A stretch of 64,000 nt of DNA from Candidatus Woesearchaeota archaeon (GTDB lineage: Archaea > Nanobdellota > Nanobdellia > Woesearchaeales > UBA583), in contig OZ242164.1 in NCBI GenBank assembly GCA_965205335.1, positions 480,001 through 544,000 on the forward strand, written 5' to 3'. The translations under genes and the position numbers were made by a program. This document shows positions 38,546-47,925 of this stretch, piece after piece (the first letter of the stretch is position 1; every line of letters starts with the position of its first letter). The notes under the pieces are model-generated. The model was not told where the DNA came from. It did no database searches and saw nothing but the letters and a program-made list of their open reading frames with translations.

Positions 38546-39322
38546 TTAAGTTTTCTGAGATTTGTCCTCTTGATTAAATTTCCTTGCTAATTTTTGTATT
38601 AATTTTAATTTTTCATCTTCAAAATAATCTTTATTGGACTTTAATCTTTTAGCAATTTCTTTATCCAAATCCAAACTTTTAATCTTTTTCAATTCTTCTG
38701 TTTTTGGGAATAATTTATTAATAAATTTCTCTATATAAGTTTCAGAATCAGGAATTACTAGAGATAAATTACCCTTCTTTACCTTACCTTTAAACCAATA
38801 ATACTTGTCTAAGTCGTCAAAGGATATTTCTTTATCTTTTAAATCATTCAATTTATAAAAATATTTTTTTGGAAGTTTTTTTTTGACTTCTTTTGGAAAT
38901 TCTTTGTTTAATTCTTCTAAAATTAAACTATCATATATTGGAAAATTAAAATTAGTTTGGAAGTAAATATATTTAGTTAAAAGAGAGAAAGCGTGTCCTT
39001 TTGTTCTCTCCCCCTTTTTATCAATCCCAATCTTTTCATTCATTTTGCCAAAATTGTCTTTAATGAAATCTTCTACATTTATATTTTTCTTTAATTTATC
39101 TTTAAGATTCTTATGAATTAAATCAGTTAATTCTTCAAAACCAAAATATCTCTTATTCATATTAGTAGAGTATAAACTATCAATAACAATTAATCTTAAC
39201 ATAATATCTTTTTTATCATCAGATTTTTTTTTAAATAATTTTCTTATTGTTTCTTTGTATTCACTAATGGGAGTTCCTTCTAATATTTTATTAATATCTT
39301 TTAAATCTTTTAAGTCTACCAT
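38546..39322 (-). CDS. Hypothetical Lys-rich protein
   Basis: IDSLYSTN and FSLLTKYIYF....FPIYDS motifs; very AT-rich. Confidence 0.65.
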   Translation of the reverse strand: MVDLKDLKDINKILEGTPISEYKETIRKLFKKKSDDKKDIMLRLIVIDSLYSTNMNKRYFGFEELTDLIHKNLKDKLKKNINVEDFIKDNFGKMNEKIGIDKKGERTKGHAFSLLTKYIYFQTNFNFPIYDSLILEELNKEFPKEVKKKLPKKYFYKLNDLKDKEISFDDLDKYYWFKGKVKKGNLSLVIPDSETYIEKFINKLFPKTEELKKIKSLDLDKEIAKRLKSNKDYFEDEKLKLIQKLARKFNQEDKSQKT

Positions 39323-39337
39323 TTGGAGAATTGTAAT

Positions 39338-40012
39338 TTATATGTAATCAAGGGATTCAGTTATGTTTTGTATTTCAATTGTTGAACATGCCAAACCAAG
39401 AATTAATCCTTTTGAGTTTGAAACAATGCCTGATGATACATAATTACTACCTGAATTAACTGTTCCAACGCCACTAACTTGGGATGCGATTTCTTTGGCA
39501 TTTTCTTCTGTTATTTGCGATGATAGGAAATATCTTGAATTTTTGTAAATGCATAATGCTCCGATGTTTTCGTGGTCTTCTACTTCTATAATTATGCATT
39601 TGTGTTCTGTTTTTTTTTCTAATTTTTCTTTGAAGTCATGTGAGTATTTTGAGTTGAGAAGGATTTTTTTGTTTCCAAAGCAAATGCTGTTTCCGTAAGT
39701 GTTAAGAGTATTGCTGATGTGAATTAGTTTAGTGTTGTGTTTTGTAGTTATTTTTTCAAATATTTCCATTTCGTAATCATACATGTCTGGAATTAATACG
39801 TAATCATTATTGCCTGAGATGAATACTCCTATTAATTCAGTTCCTATTACGGTTGCGTTGTAAACCGGAACTTTTAGGACTTCTTCAATTTCTTTTTTTT
39901 TAGATTCTGAGATTTGTTTTCCTAATATGCAGAATTTATCGTTTGCAAACATGTAAAGTCCGATATTTGCATCCCCTTCAAATCCCATTAAGATTATTTT
40001 TTTTGATTCCAA
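39338..40012 (-). CDS. eif6: Translation initiation factor 6
   Basis: NIGLY..AND, GTVNSG...V.SGIV.NS.G; TTG start. Confidence 0.9.
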   Translation of the reverse strand: MESKKIILMGFEGDANIGLYMFANDKFCILGKQISESKKKEIEEVLKVPVYNATVIGTELIGVFISGNNDYVLIPDMYDYEMEIFEKITTKHNTKLIHISNTLNTYGNSICFGNKKILLNSKYSHDFKEKLEKKTEHKCIIIEVEDHENIGALCIYKNSRYFLSSQITEENAKEIASQVSGVGTVNSGSNYVSSGIVSNSKGLILGLACSTIEIQNITESLDYI

Positions 40013-40056
40013 ATTAAAACAAATAATTAAATATGGTTAATAAATGTAAGTGTTAT

Positions 40057-40683
40057 ATGAGAGAAATTTATGCTAAACTTGGAATTCGTGAGGATGTTAA
40101 GGTAGTGGTTGTTAGTAAAAGTAGAGGGGTTAGTGAGATTTCAAAGTTGTATGATAGAGGGTTTAGAGATTTTGGAGAGAACAGAGTTCGTGAATTTTTG
40201 GAAAAAAGAGAAAATCTCCCGGATGATATTAGATGGCATTTTACTGGTCATCTGCAATCAAATAAAGTGAAGTATTTAATTGGTTTTGTTTATATGATTC
40301 AAAGTGTTGATTCAATTAAACTTTTAAATGAGATAAATAAACAGGCTAAAAGGAAGGGTAAGAAGGTTAATTGTTTGATTCAGATAAATATTTCAAATGA
40401 GAAGGGTAAATATGGTTTTAAGAGTATTGATGAGGTAATAGAGTTTCTTAGAAAGAGTGATTTAGAGTGTGTTAGGATAAAGGGAGTTATGGGAATTGCG
40501 AAGAGAACTGGTGATAAGGAGGTGATTAGGGAGAATTTTAATTTTTTAAGAGGGGAATCCTATAAACTTTTGAGAGAAGTAAAGGATGCAAGTATTATTT
40601 CGTGCGGTATGAGTTCGGATTATAAGATTGCAATATCTGGGGGGTCAAATATGTTAAGGCTTGGAAGAATATTATTTAGTTAG
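40057..40683 (+). CDS. yggS: YggS-family PLP homeostasis protein
   Basis: VVSK, FGENRV.E, WHF.GHLQSNKVK, SCGMS.DY..AI..GS.MLRLG. Confidence 0.95.
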   Translation: MREIYAKLGIREDVKVVVVSKSRGVSEISKLYDRGFRDFGENRVREFLEKRENLPDDIRWHFTGHLQSNKVKYLIGFVYMIQSVDSIKLLNEINKQAKRKGKKVNCLIQINISNEKGKYGFKSIDEVIEFLRKSDLECVRIKGVMGIAKRTGDKEVIRENFNFLRGESYKLLREVKDASIISCGMSSDYKIAISGGSNMLRLGRILFS

Positions 40684-40858
40684 AATTGGTTGATGAGGAT
40701 TGTAAATTTGAGAAATATTGTATTTGTTTTACGGCTTTGTACGAAAAGTCATTAAGAATTAATAATAAATTAGAAATAATTAAAATTATCAATATATAAT
40801 ATAATGTTTTAATCTTTTTTAAAGCAATTGTTACTTTTCGTACAAAGCCAACCAATAC

Positions 40859-40986
40859 GGCTCTGTCCATAAATTCAAGAGAACTTAAAATATTGTATCA
40901 ATAAAGCAACTTTTGATAAATAATTTCTTTCTTTGATTGAATATATTTAGCATAGATTTTGGAAAAAACAATTTATGGACAGAGCC
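40859..40986. mobile_element. MITE copy 4 (opposite orientation), IS1595 family
   Basis: Perfect TIR GGCTCTGTCCATAAATT; TSD ACCAATAC. Confidence 0.92.
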
Positions 40987-41000
40987 ACCAATACAATAAA

Positions 41001-41008
41001 TTTATAAA
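41001..41008 (+). promoter_or_regulatory. TATA box TTTATAAA, 14 nt from MITE copy 4
   Basis: Upstream of the zinc-ribbon gene; a second TTTATAAA lies near 41048. Confidence 0.6.
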
Positions 41009-41108
41009 TTAGTAGTTAGTTCTTAGTTTAGATATAGTTGATAAATTTTTATAAATTATTTCTTAGTTAAATTGATTTATAGTTTTTACAGATATATCCT
41101 AGTTAAAA

Positions 41109-41240
41109 ATGGAAGATAATAGAGAGAAATATAAAGTAAAGTGTTCTGAGTGTAATGCTGAAACGGAAGTTCCTTTTAAACCAACGGAAGGGAGACCTGT
41201 TTATTGTAAAGAATGTTACAAGAGTAGAAAGAGGTTTTAA
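41109..41240 (+). CDS. CxxC-x17-CxxC zinc-ribbon protein (43 aa, not in ORF track)
   Basis: MEDNREKYKVKCSECNAETEVPFKPTEGRPVYCKECYKSRKRF*. Confidence 0.9.
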   Translation: MEDNREKYKVKCSECNAETEVPFKPTEGRPVYCKECYKSRKRF

Positions 41241-41467
41241 CCTTAGTAATCAATACTTTCAGGTATTGTAAGTGAATGATATATGTAATAAATAAATTTA
41301 CATATAAAAAATTCTTTGATTTGAAGTTTTCTAATTCTAAAAATGTATGTATTATCAGAGTTAATAGGTGCTTCTATTTAATTATTTCTGAAATTTAAGT
41401 TCTTATGGAAGTTTGCTAAGAGAAATATTTATAATATAAAATGGATTAATTTTTAACATCTCATTAT

Positions 41468-41543
41468 GATGGCGTTAGTGTAATCTGGTTAGCACATGAG
41501 GTTGTGGTTCTCATAGTTCGGGTTCAAATCCCGAGCGTCGTCC
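41468..41543 (+). tRNA. tRNA-His (GTG)
   Basis: Acceptor GATGGCG/CGTCGTC plus C73; anticodon arm TGAGG-TTGTGGT-TCTCA; T arm GGTTCAAATCC; CCA not encoded. Confidence 0.93.
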
Positions 41544-41701
41544 TTGAAAATTCGATAATTTTGTTAAATTTGCTTCTATAAATTTTCTTATTACTTGTCT
41601 GCTTAGATTTTGGTTTTGATTCTCTAATATTTAATCTTTAAGATAATATTCACTTTGAAAAGATAATAAATATTTTAATTAACAAAAGGTTAGGGAAGGT
41701 T

Positions 41702-42739
41702 ATGAATGAGATGTTAGATGAAGTAAGAGAAGAGGTGGCTTCTGGTAAGAAGGTAAGGGTTGCAATAAATGGGTTTGGAAGAATTGGGAGAATGATTTTT
41801 AGAGCGGGATTTGCTGATTCTGAAATTGATTTTTGTATAATTAATGATTTGTCAGGGCCAAAGGCAGCGGCATATTTGTTAAAGCATGATAGTTCGCAGG
41901 GAACTTTTCCGTATGAGGTCTCGTATGATGATGATCATTTAATAGTGGGAGATAAGAAGATTAAATTTATAGCACAAAGAGATATTAATGCTCTGCCTTG
42001 GGGTGAGAATAAGATAGATGTTGTTGCAGAGTGTACGGGGATTTTTACTAAGACAGATGATGCAAGAGTTCATATAACGCAGGGAGCAAAAAAGGTTTTA
42101 ATTTCAGCTCCTGGGAAGGGGGAGTGTTTTTATCTGGTCAGGGGAGTTAATGATGAGGAGTATAATGGGGAAGATATGGTTTCAAATGGTTCATGCACAA
42201 CAAATTCAATTACAGCAGTTGTAAATGAGTTAAATAAGAAGTATGGTATAGAAAAGGGAATGTTTGCAACTGTTCATTCAGTAACAGGAGATCAGAGAAT
42301 TTTAGATACTTCTCATAAGGATTTAAGAAGAGCAAGAGCTGCTCCTTTTAATATAATCCCTACAACAACAGGAGCGGCAAAATCTGTAATTAAGTTAGTT
42401 CCTCAGCTTGAGGGAAAGTTTCATGGCATAGCGTATAGAGTTCCTACAATTACAGGAAGTGTTACAGATTTAAATGTGGAATTAATGTGTGAGGTTACAA
42501 GAGATGAGATAAATGCTTTTTTGAAAGAGATTTCTTTGGGGTATCTGAATGGAATTTTAGAGTATAGTGAGGAAGAGTTGGTTTCAACAGATATTATTGC
42601 TAATCCTAATTCAGGGATAATTGATTCTCTGTCAACGCAAGTCGTTGGGGGAAACTTGGTAAAGATAGTAGTCTGGTATGATAATGAATGGGGGTTTTCA
42701 AACAGAATGATTGAAGTACTGAAAATTATGAACAGATGA
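41702..42739 (+). CDS. gap: Glyceraldehyde-3-phosphate dehydrogenase, class I (bacterial type)
   Basis: INGFGRIGR, SNGSCTTN, TTTGAAK, WYDNEWG. Confidence 0.97.
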   Translation: MNEMLDEVREEVASGKKVRVAINGFGRIGRMIFRAGFADSEIDFCIINDLSGPKAAAYLLKHDSSQGTFPYEVSYDDDHLIVGDKKIKFIAQRDINALPWGENKIDVVAECTGIFTKTDDARVHITQGAKKVLISAPGKGECFYLVRGVNDEEYNGEDMVSNGSCTTNSITAVVNELNKKYGIEKGMFATVHSVTGDQRILDTSHKDLRRARAAPFNIIPTTTGAAKSVIKLVPQLEGKFHGIAYRVPTITGSVTDLNVELMCEVTRDEINAFLKEISLGYLNGILEYSEEELVSTDIIANPNSGIIDSLSTQVVGGNLVKIVVWYDNEWGFSNRMIEVLKIMNR

Positions 42740-42801
42740 GAATCTTAAGGTTTGTTTTTTGGCTACAAAAGTATTTAAATGTTTTAGGGTGTTAATTCTG
42801 T

Positions 42802-45690
42802 ATGGTTAAGTCGGTGACTGAATTGAATCAGAAGGATATTGAAGTTAAGTGGCAGAAAATTTGGAAAAAAGAAAAGGTTTTTGAACCAGAGATTGATGCA
42901 AAAAAAGAGAAGTATTTTTCAACTGTTCCGTATCCATATGCCAATTCTGTTTTGCACATAGGACATGGGAGAGGATATACAACGCCTGATATTTTTGTAC
43001 GGTATCAAAGATTAATTGGGAAAAATGTTTTGTTTCCTCTTGGTTTTCATATAACCGGAACTCCTGTTCTTGCGGTTGCTGATAGTATTAAAAATGGAGA
43101 TAAGAAACAATTAAAATTAACGAAAGAGGCAATATCTGATTATGTGAGTGATGAGAGTGAGCGAGATGAGTTAGTTAAAAGTTTTGAAAATCCATATGAG
43201 ATTGCTAAGTTTTTTAGTTCCACTATTGAGGGTTCTCTTGATAGTATTGGGATAAGTATTGACTGGACAAGAAAGTTTTCAACAGGGGATGAAACTTATC
43301 AGAAGTTTGTTGAATGGCAGTTTAAAAAGTTGTCTGATTGTTCTCTTTTGGTTCAGGGGAAGTATCCTATTTTGTATTCTGTTGCTGATGGAAATGCAGT
43401 TGGTGAGGATGATATTAAGGATGGTGATGTGGATAAGGTTAGTGTTTCGGAGATGACGTATATTTTGTTTAAGTTAAAGGATTCTGATGAGTTTTTTGCG
43501 GTAGCAACTCTTCGTCCTGACGCTTTGTTTGGGACAACTAATCTTTGGATTGATTCTAAAGGTAAGTATCTCAGGATTGAAGTGAATTCTCAAATATGGA
43601 TTGTTTCTGCTGATTCACTTGTTAAGTTAGAACACCAATTTGATAGTGTTAGGGTTTTATCTAAGCATAAGGGTTCAGAGTTTATGGGGAAGTTTGCGAT
43701 TACACCGATAATTAATCGCGAGGTGATTATTGCGCAGGCATCTTTTTTGGATTCCAAGCAGGGTACAGGGCTTGCTTATTCATCTCCTGCAGGCTCTCCG
43801 CATGATTTTATGGGATTAAAAGAAGCAGTTCTTGAGGGGAGATTACATGAGGATGTTAAAGTTATTAATACTGTTGAAACAAAAGATAAGAAAGGAAGTG
43901 TAATTAAGTATAGGGGTTCTTGTCCTGCAGAGGATAAATGTATTAAATTTGGAGTTAGTAAGTCTACGGATTTTGAGAAATTGGAACTTGCAAAAACGGA
44001 GTTGTATAAGGAAGAGCATTATGGCGGTAAGTTAAATGATTTGTGTGGTGAGTTTTCAGGAATTTATGTAAAGGCTGCTAAGGAGAAGGTTACAAAGAGG
44101 TTAATTGAACTGAATTTAGGAGGGGTTTTCTATGAAACATCAAGAAGGGCTGTAACGAGAGGAGGTAATGAGGTTATTGTTGCAAATTTGGATGGGCAGT
44201 GGTTTTTGGATTATTCAGGAAATGAAACAAAGAGAAAGGCTTTGAATCTTCTTGATGCGATGAGTTATAATCCTTCTAAATTGCGTGATACTCAGAGAGA
44301 TTATTTAAATTGGGTTATGATGAGGCCTTGTGCTCGCAGAAGGGGGATTGGAACACTGCTTCCTTTTGATCCTGATTGGGTGATTGAGTCGTTATCTGAT
44401 TCCACTATTTATCAGATGCTTTATTTGATTCAGAATATTATAACAAGAGAAAGGTTAGATGCAAAGCAGTTAAGTTTTGAGTTGTTTGATTATGTTTATT
44501 TGGGAGAGGGAAATTTAAGGATTATATCAGAGCAGAGCAGAATTCCAGAGAAGGTTATTGAGGAGATGAGAAATAGTGTTTTGTACTGGAAGTCATTTGA
44601 TTTTAGGTATACAGCAGGGGCTCATATGAGTAATCATTTGTCTTTTTTGATTTATCATTATGCATTGATTTTCCCAAAGGATTTGCATCCTAAAAATATT
44701 ACAATAGGAGGTATGCTTGTTCGCAATGGAGAGAAGATTTCCAAGTCAAAGGGTAATGGAATTCCTCTTGTTAGGGTTCATAAGAAGTTTGGTTCTGATT
44801 TGTATCGTTTATATGTTGCACTTGCGGCAAATTATGATGTTGAAATGGATTTCAGGGATGATGAGATTTTCCAGCTTGAAGATAAGTTTAATAAGTGGAA
44901 GACTTTAATTGTTAATTCAATCAAAAGAGAGGTCAAGAGATATGATGATTTTTCACAGACTAATAAATGGCTTATTTCCAAGTTTTATTCAAGGGTTAGG
45001 GAGTATTTTTCTTATATGGATAGTTTAAGGATTCGTGAGGCGTATGTTGGGATTTTGTATGAGTTTTTAAATGATTTAAATTATCATAAGAGAAGATGTG
45101 GAGAGAGTGAAACTTTTGATGTTATAAGGTTTGTTGCAAAAGATTATGTTAATTTGATGACTCCTGCGATTCCTCATATTTGCGAGGAGTTATGGCAGAT
45201 GTTAGAGGGGAAAGGGTATAGTTCTCTTGCAGTGTTTAAGACTGTTTGTGATAAGTTTATTGATAAGCATTCAGAGGATGTAGAAGGTTTTACGGAGTCT
45301 ATTTTAAGGAAAATATCGATAGAGAAAGAGTCTAAGCAGATTAAGGGTTTAAAAGAGGTGAAGATTGTTCAGGCAGGCAGAGATAAGTTTAAGTTGTTTG
45401 ATGCGATTTCTGAGAATCTTGAAAGGACAAAGGAAGTTAAGGAGATTTTTTCTAATTTGAATAGGGATTTTTCAGATGATAAGAAGTTTATTTCCAAATT
45501 TGTTCCAAAGACATTACGTGATGGATTGAGTTTTTATATGGGAGAAGATGAACAGAGACAGTTTATCTGCGATTTGATTCCGTTTTTGGAGAAGGAGTTT
45601 GGGTGCAGGGTTGAGGTTGTTTCAAATGATGATTTGGAGAATAAGGTGTATGCTCTACCAAATGAGGTTGGAGTTATTTTGTCAGATTAA
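42802..45690 (+). CDS. leuS: Leucyl-tRNA synthetase (archaeal type)
   Basis: PYPY...LHIGH, ATLRP, IESLSDSTIY, NHL.F, KISKSKGN. Confidence 0.96.
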   Translation: MVKSVTELNQKDIEVKWQKIWKKEKVFEPEIDAKKEKYFSTVPYPYANSVLHIGHGRGYTTPDIFVRYQRLIGKNVLFPLGFHITGTPVLAVADSIKNGDKKQLKLTKEAISDYVSDESERDELVKSFENPYEIAKFFSSTIEGSLDSIGISIDWTRKFSTGDETYQKFVEWQFKKLSDCSLLVQGKYPILYSVADGNAVGEDDIKDGDVDKVSVSEMTYILFKLKDSDEFFAVATLRPDALFGTTNLWIDSKGKYLRIEVNSQIWIVSADSLVKLEHQFDSVRVLSKHKGSEFMGKFAITPIINREVIIAQASFLDSKQGTGLAYSSPAGSPHDFMGLKEAVLEGRLHEDVKVINTVETKDKKGSVIKYRGSCPAEDKCIKFGVSKSTDFEKLELAKTELYKEEHYGGKLNDLCGEFSGIYVKAAKEKVTKRLIELNLGGVFYETSRRAVTRGGNEVIVANLDGQWFLDYSGNETKRKALNLLDAMSYNPSKLRDTQRDYLNWVMMRPCARRRGIGTLLPFDPDWVIESLSDSTIYQMLYLIQNIITRERLDAKQLSFELFDYVYLGEGNLRIISEQSRIPEKVIEEMRNSVLYWKSFDFRYTAGAHMSNHLSFLIYHYALIFPKDLHPKNITIGGMLVRNGEKISKSKGNGIPLVRVHKKFGSDLYRLYVALAANYDVEMDFRDDEIFQLEDKFNKWKTLIVNSIKREVKRYDDFSQTNKWLISKFYSRVREYFSYMDSLRIREAYVGILYEFLNDLNYHKRRCGESETFDVIRFVAKDYVNLMTPAIPHICEELWQMLEGKGYSSLAVFKTVCDKFIDKHSEDVEGFTESILRKISIEKESKQIKGLKEVKIVQAGRDKFKLFDAISENLERTKEVKEIFSNLNRDFSDDKKFISKFVPKTLRDGLSFYMGEDEQRQFICDLIPFLEKEFGCRVEVVSNDDLENKVYALPNEVGVILSD

Positions 45691-46012
45691 TTATTATCCC
45701 AATTATAAGAAGGATGAATCCAAATATTATATTTGTTAAGAAAAGAGGAAGTTCAAGTAAGTATAATACTGCAGCGATAATCCCATACATCAAAAACATC
45801 ATACCAATAACAAGAACAATAATGGATAAAATGGAATGTGTGTATTTTCTTATTTCTTTTTTTATAACTCCTTTAAGTGTGCGTTTCACGCTTCCTTTTA
45901 TGTCTTTGCCTAATTGAGATTTCCCAATGTAATCAAATAGGAAATGTCTTAGTCTTTTAAGAAATATGCTTACTATATCATCAAGCAAACTTTTTTTGAA
46001 GTTTTTTTCCAT
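45674..46012 (-). CDS. Small hypothetical membrane protein
   Basis: Basic N-terminus and two C-terminal TM helices. Confidence 0.65.
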   Translation of the reverse strand: MEKNFKKSLLDDIVSIFLKRLRHFLFDYIGKSQLGKDIKGSVKRTLKGVIKKEIRKYTHSILSIIVLVIGMMFLMYGIIAAVLYLLELPLFLTNIIFGFILLIIGIIINLTK

Positions 46013-46248
46013 AGTTACTACTAAGAAGTGTTAATTTATATAGTTTTTGATTTCTTTGTTTTTAGTTATAAAGGTTTTTAAGTGATATTTGATTTGTTTT
46101 TTGTATGAAAGGTAAGTTTGTAAGAAGTCATAAACTTGAGTACTGTGAGAAAGAGTTAAAGGTAAATTTTGTACCATACCTTTATAAATAAGTCTTCATA
46201 TCCTATTTAGTAATGTTTATAAATATTTATAAATAAGGCTACTTAAAA

Positions 46249-46524
46249 ATGGCAGATATGATTGTAGAGTACAGAGTGATGCCCAGCACTGAGGAGGAAG
46301 TTGAATATTCGGATTTAGAGGGTGCTGTTAGGAAAGTTGTTGGTGGTTACAAAGATGATGTTTCAGTTCTTGAGGTTAGTTCTGAATCAATGGGTTTTGG
46401 AATATTAGCTGTTAAAATTAAATTTCAAATGGATGAAAACTATGGAACTGATGGAATTGAAGAGCAATTAGAGAGTCTTAATGAAGTTGGTGAAGCACAG
46501 TGTACTTTAATGGATAGACTATAA
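46249..46524 (+). CDS. ef1b: Elongation factor 1-beta
   Basis: VMP, MGFGI, TD.IEE; upstream of tbp. Confidence 0.9.
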   Translation: MADMIVEYRVMPSTEEEVEYSDLEGAVRKVVGGYKDDVSVLEVSSESMGFGILAVKIKFQMDENYGTDGIEEQLESLNEVGEAQCTLMDRL

Positions 46525-46554
46525 GTAGCATGAAGATACGAGGTATAAAATAAA

Positions 46555-47118
46555 ATGAGCAAAGAGCAGTTACACACAAAGATTGTAAATATTGTGATTT
46601 CAACATCATTGGAACATAAAATTCCCTTAGAAAGATTGATTATGGATTTGCCAAATACAGAGTATAATCCCGAGCAGTTCCCAGGTCTTATTATGAAGAT
46701 TCGTGAGCCCAAAGCATCATTTTTGATTTTCTCATCTGGTAAGGTTGTATGCACAGGAACAAAATCCCTTGAAGAGGTGGATTTAGCACTTGAGAAGTTA
46801 AATGAATATATGAGCAAAGTAGGTATTAAAATTACTATTAAACCTAAGGTTAGAGTTGAGAATGTGGTTGCAAGTTCAGATATTAATATGAAATTAGATT
46901 TAAATGAAATTGCAATTAAATTAAATAATGTGGAATATGAACCTGAACAGTTCCCTGGACTTGTTTTTAAAATTAATGATGAAACAGGAGCTACTTTTTT
47001 GATTTTTGGGAATGGGAAGATTGTATGTACAGGTACTAAGTCAGATAAAGATGTATATATTGCGATTAAGAATTTAATGGAAGTTCTTAAAAGGAATAGG
47101 ATTAAGAACTATAAATAA
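46555..47118 (+). CDS. tbp: TATA-box binding protein
   Basis: Two repeats of NIV.S...Y.PEQFPGL...LIF..GK.VCTG.KS. Confidence 0.98.
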   Translation: MSKEQLHTKIVNIVISTSLEHKIPLERLIMDLPNTEYNPEQFPGLIMKIREPKASFLIFSSGKVVCTGTKSLEEVDLALEKLNEYMSKVGIKITIKPKVRVENVVASSDINMKLDLNEIAIKLNNVEYEPEQFPGLVFKINDETGATFLIFGNGKIVCTGTKSDKDVYIAIKNLMEVLKRNRIKNYK

Positions 47119-47231
47119 TAACTTAATTTATATCAAATCTCTTGCTTTTTCTAAAAGGTTATAATCATTAATATTGTAACCTTCGGTAATAGAAAAATTA
47201 TATATAATACTTAACTGAGTTATGTATATTG

Positions 47232-47279
47232 ACGCAACATATAGTGGTGTTAATTAAAAAGACATACATTATATAGTAA
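47232..47279 (+). promoter_or_regulatory. Tandem NrdR boxes
   Basis: ACGCAACATATAGTGG (47232) and ATACATTATATAGTAA (47264) resemble consensus acaCwAtATaTwGtgt; 32 bp apart, upstream of nrdR-nrdJ. Confidence 0.7.
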
Positions 47280-47420
47280 TTATTGATTTTCCGAGTAAAG
47301 GAAAAATACTTAATTTTATATAAAAATAATGTCTAAATTTCCTTAGAAGTAAATAGCATAAATTTGCTAAGTGATGAGGCATTTGAGAGAAACTCTCATA
47401 ACTTTCACACATTAAGAAAA

Positions 47421-47924
47421 ATGAACTGCCCATATTGTAATCATAGTAACACAAAAGTTTCAGACTCTCGTGAGAGTAAAGATGGTTCAACTATCAAGAG
47501 AAGAAGAGAGTGCTTAAACTGTGAAAAGAGATTTTCAACTATTGAGAGAGTCCAGAAACTTGATCTTGAAGTTGAGAAAGTTAATGGAATGATTGAGGAA
47601 TTTAATATAAATAAAATCAGGAATTCTCTTCTTAAAGCATGTGAAAAAAGACCTATAACACTTGAGCAGATTGAAGGCATAGTAACAAATGTCTTAAATG
47701 ATTTAAAGAAAGTTGAAAATAGTGCACCTATTTCAACAGCAATTGTTGGGCAGAGTGTTCTTGTGCATCTTAAAGAAGTAGATGAAATTGCTTTTTTAAA
47801 ATATGCGATAGTGCATAATAATTACACTTCAATGAATGAATTTCTAAAAGAAATTAACAAATTGAAGGATTTTAAGGGCTTAGATTATAAGGAACTTAGA
47901 AAGAAGATAGAGGTATCAAATTAA
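47421..47924 (+). CDS. nrdR: Transcriptional repressor NrdR
   Basis: MNCPYC...V.DSR...IKRRREC..C..RFST.E plus ATP-cone. Confidence 0.96.
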   Translation: MNCPYCNHSNTKVSDSRESKDGSTIKRRRECLNCEKRFSTIERVQKLDLEVEKVNGMIEEFNINKIRNSLLKACEKRPITLEQIEGIVTNVLNDLKKVENSAPISTAIVGQSVLVHLKEVDEIAFLKYAIVHNNYTSMNEFLKEINKLKDFKGLDYKELRKKIEVSN

Positions 47925-47925
47925 A

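Noticed and set aside
40676-40870. 64-aa minus-strand ORF
   Set aside because: Its ATG lies within the MITE copy 4 inverted repeat and it has no recognisable motif
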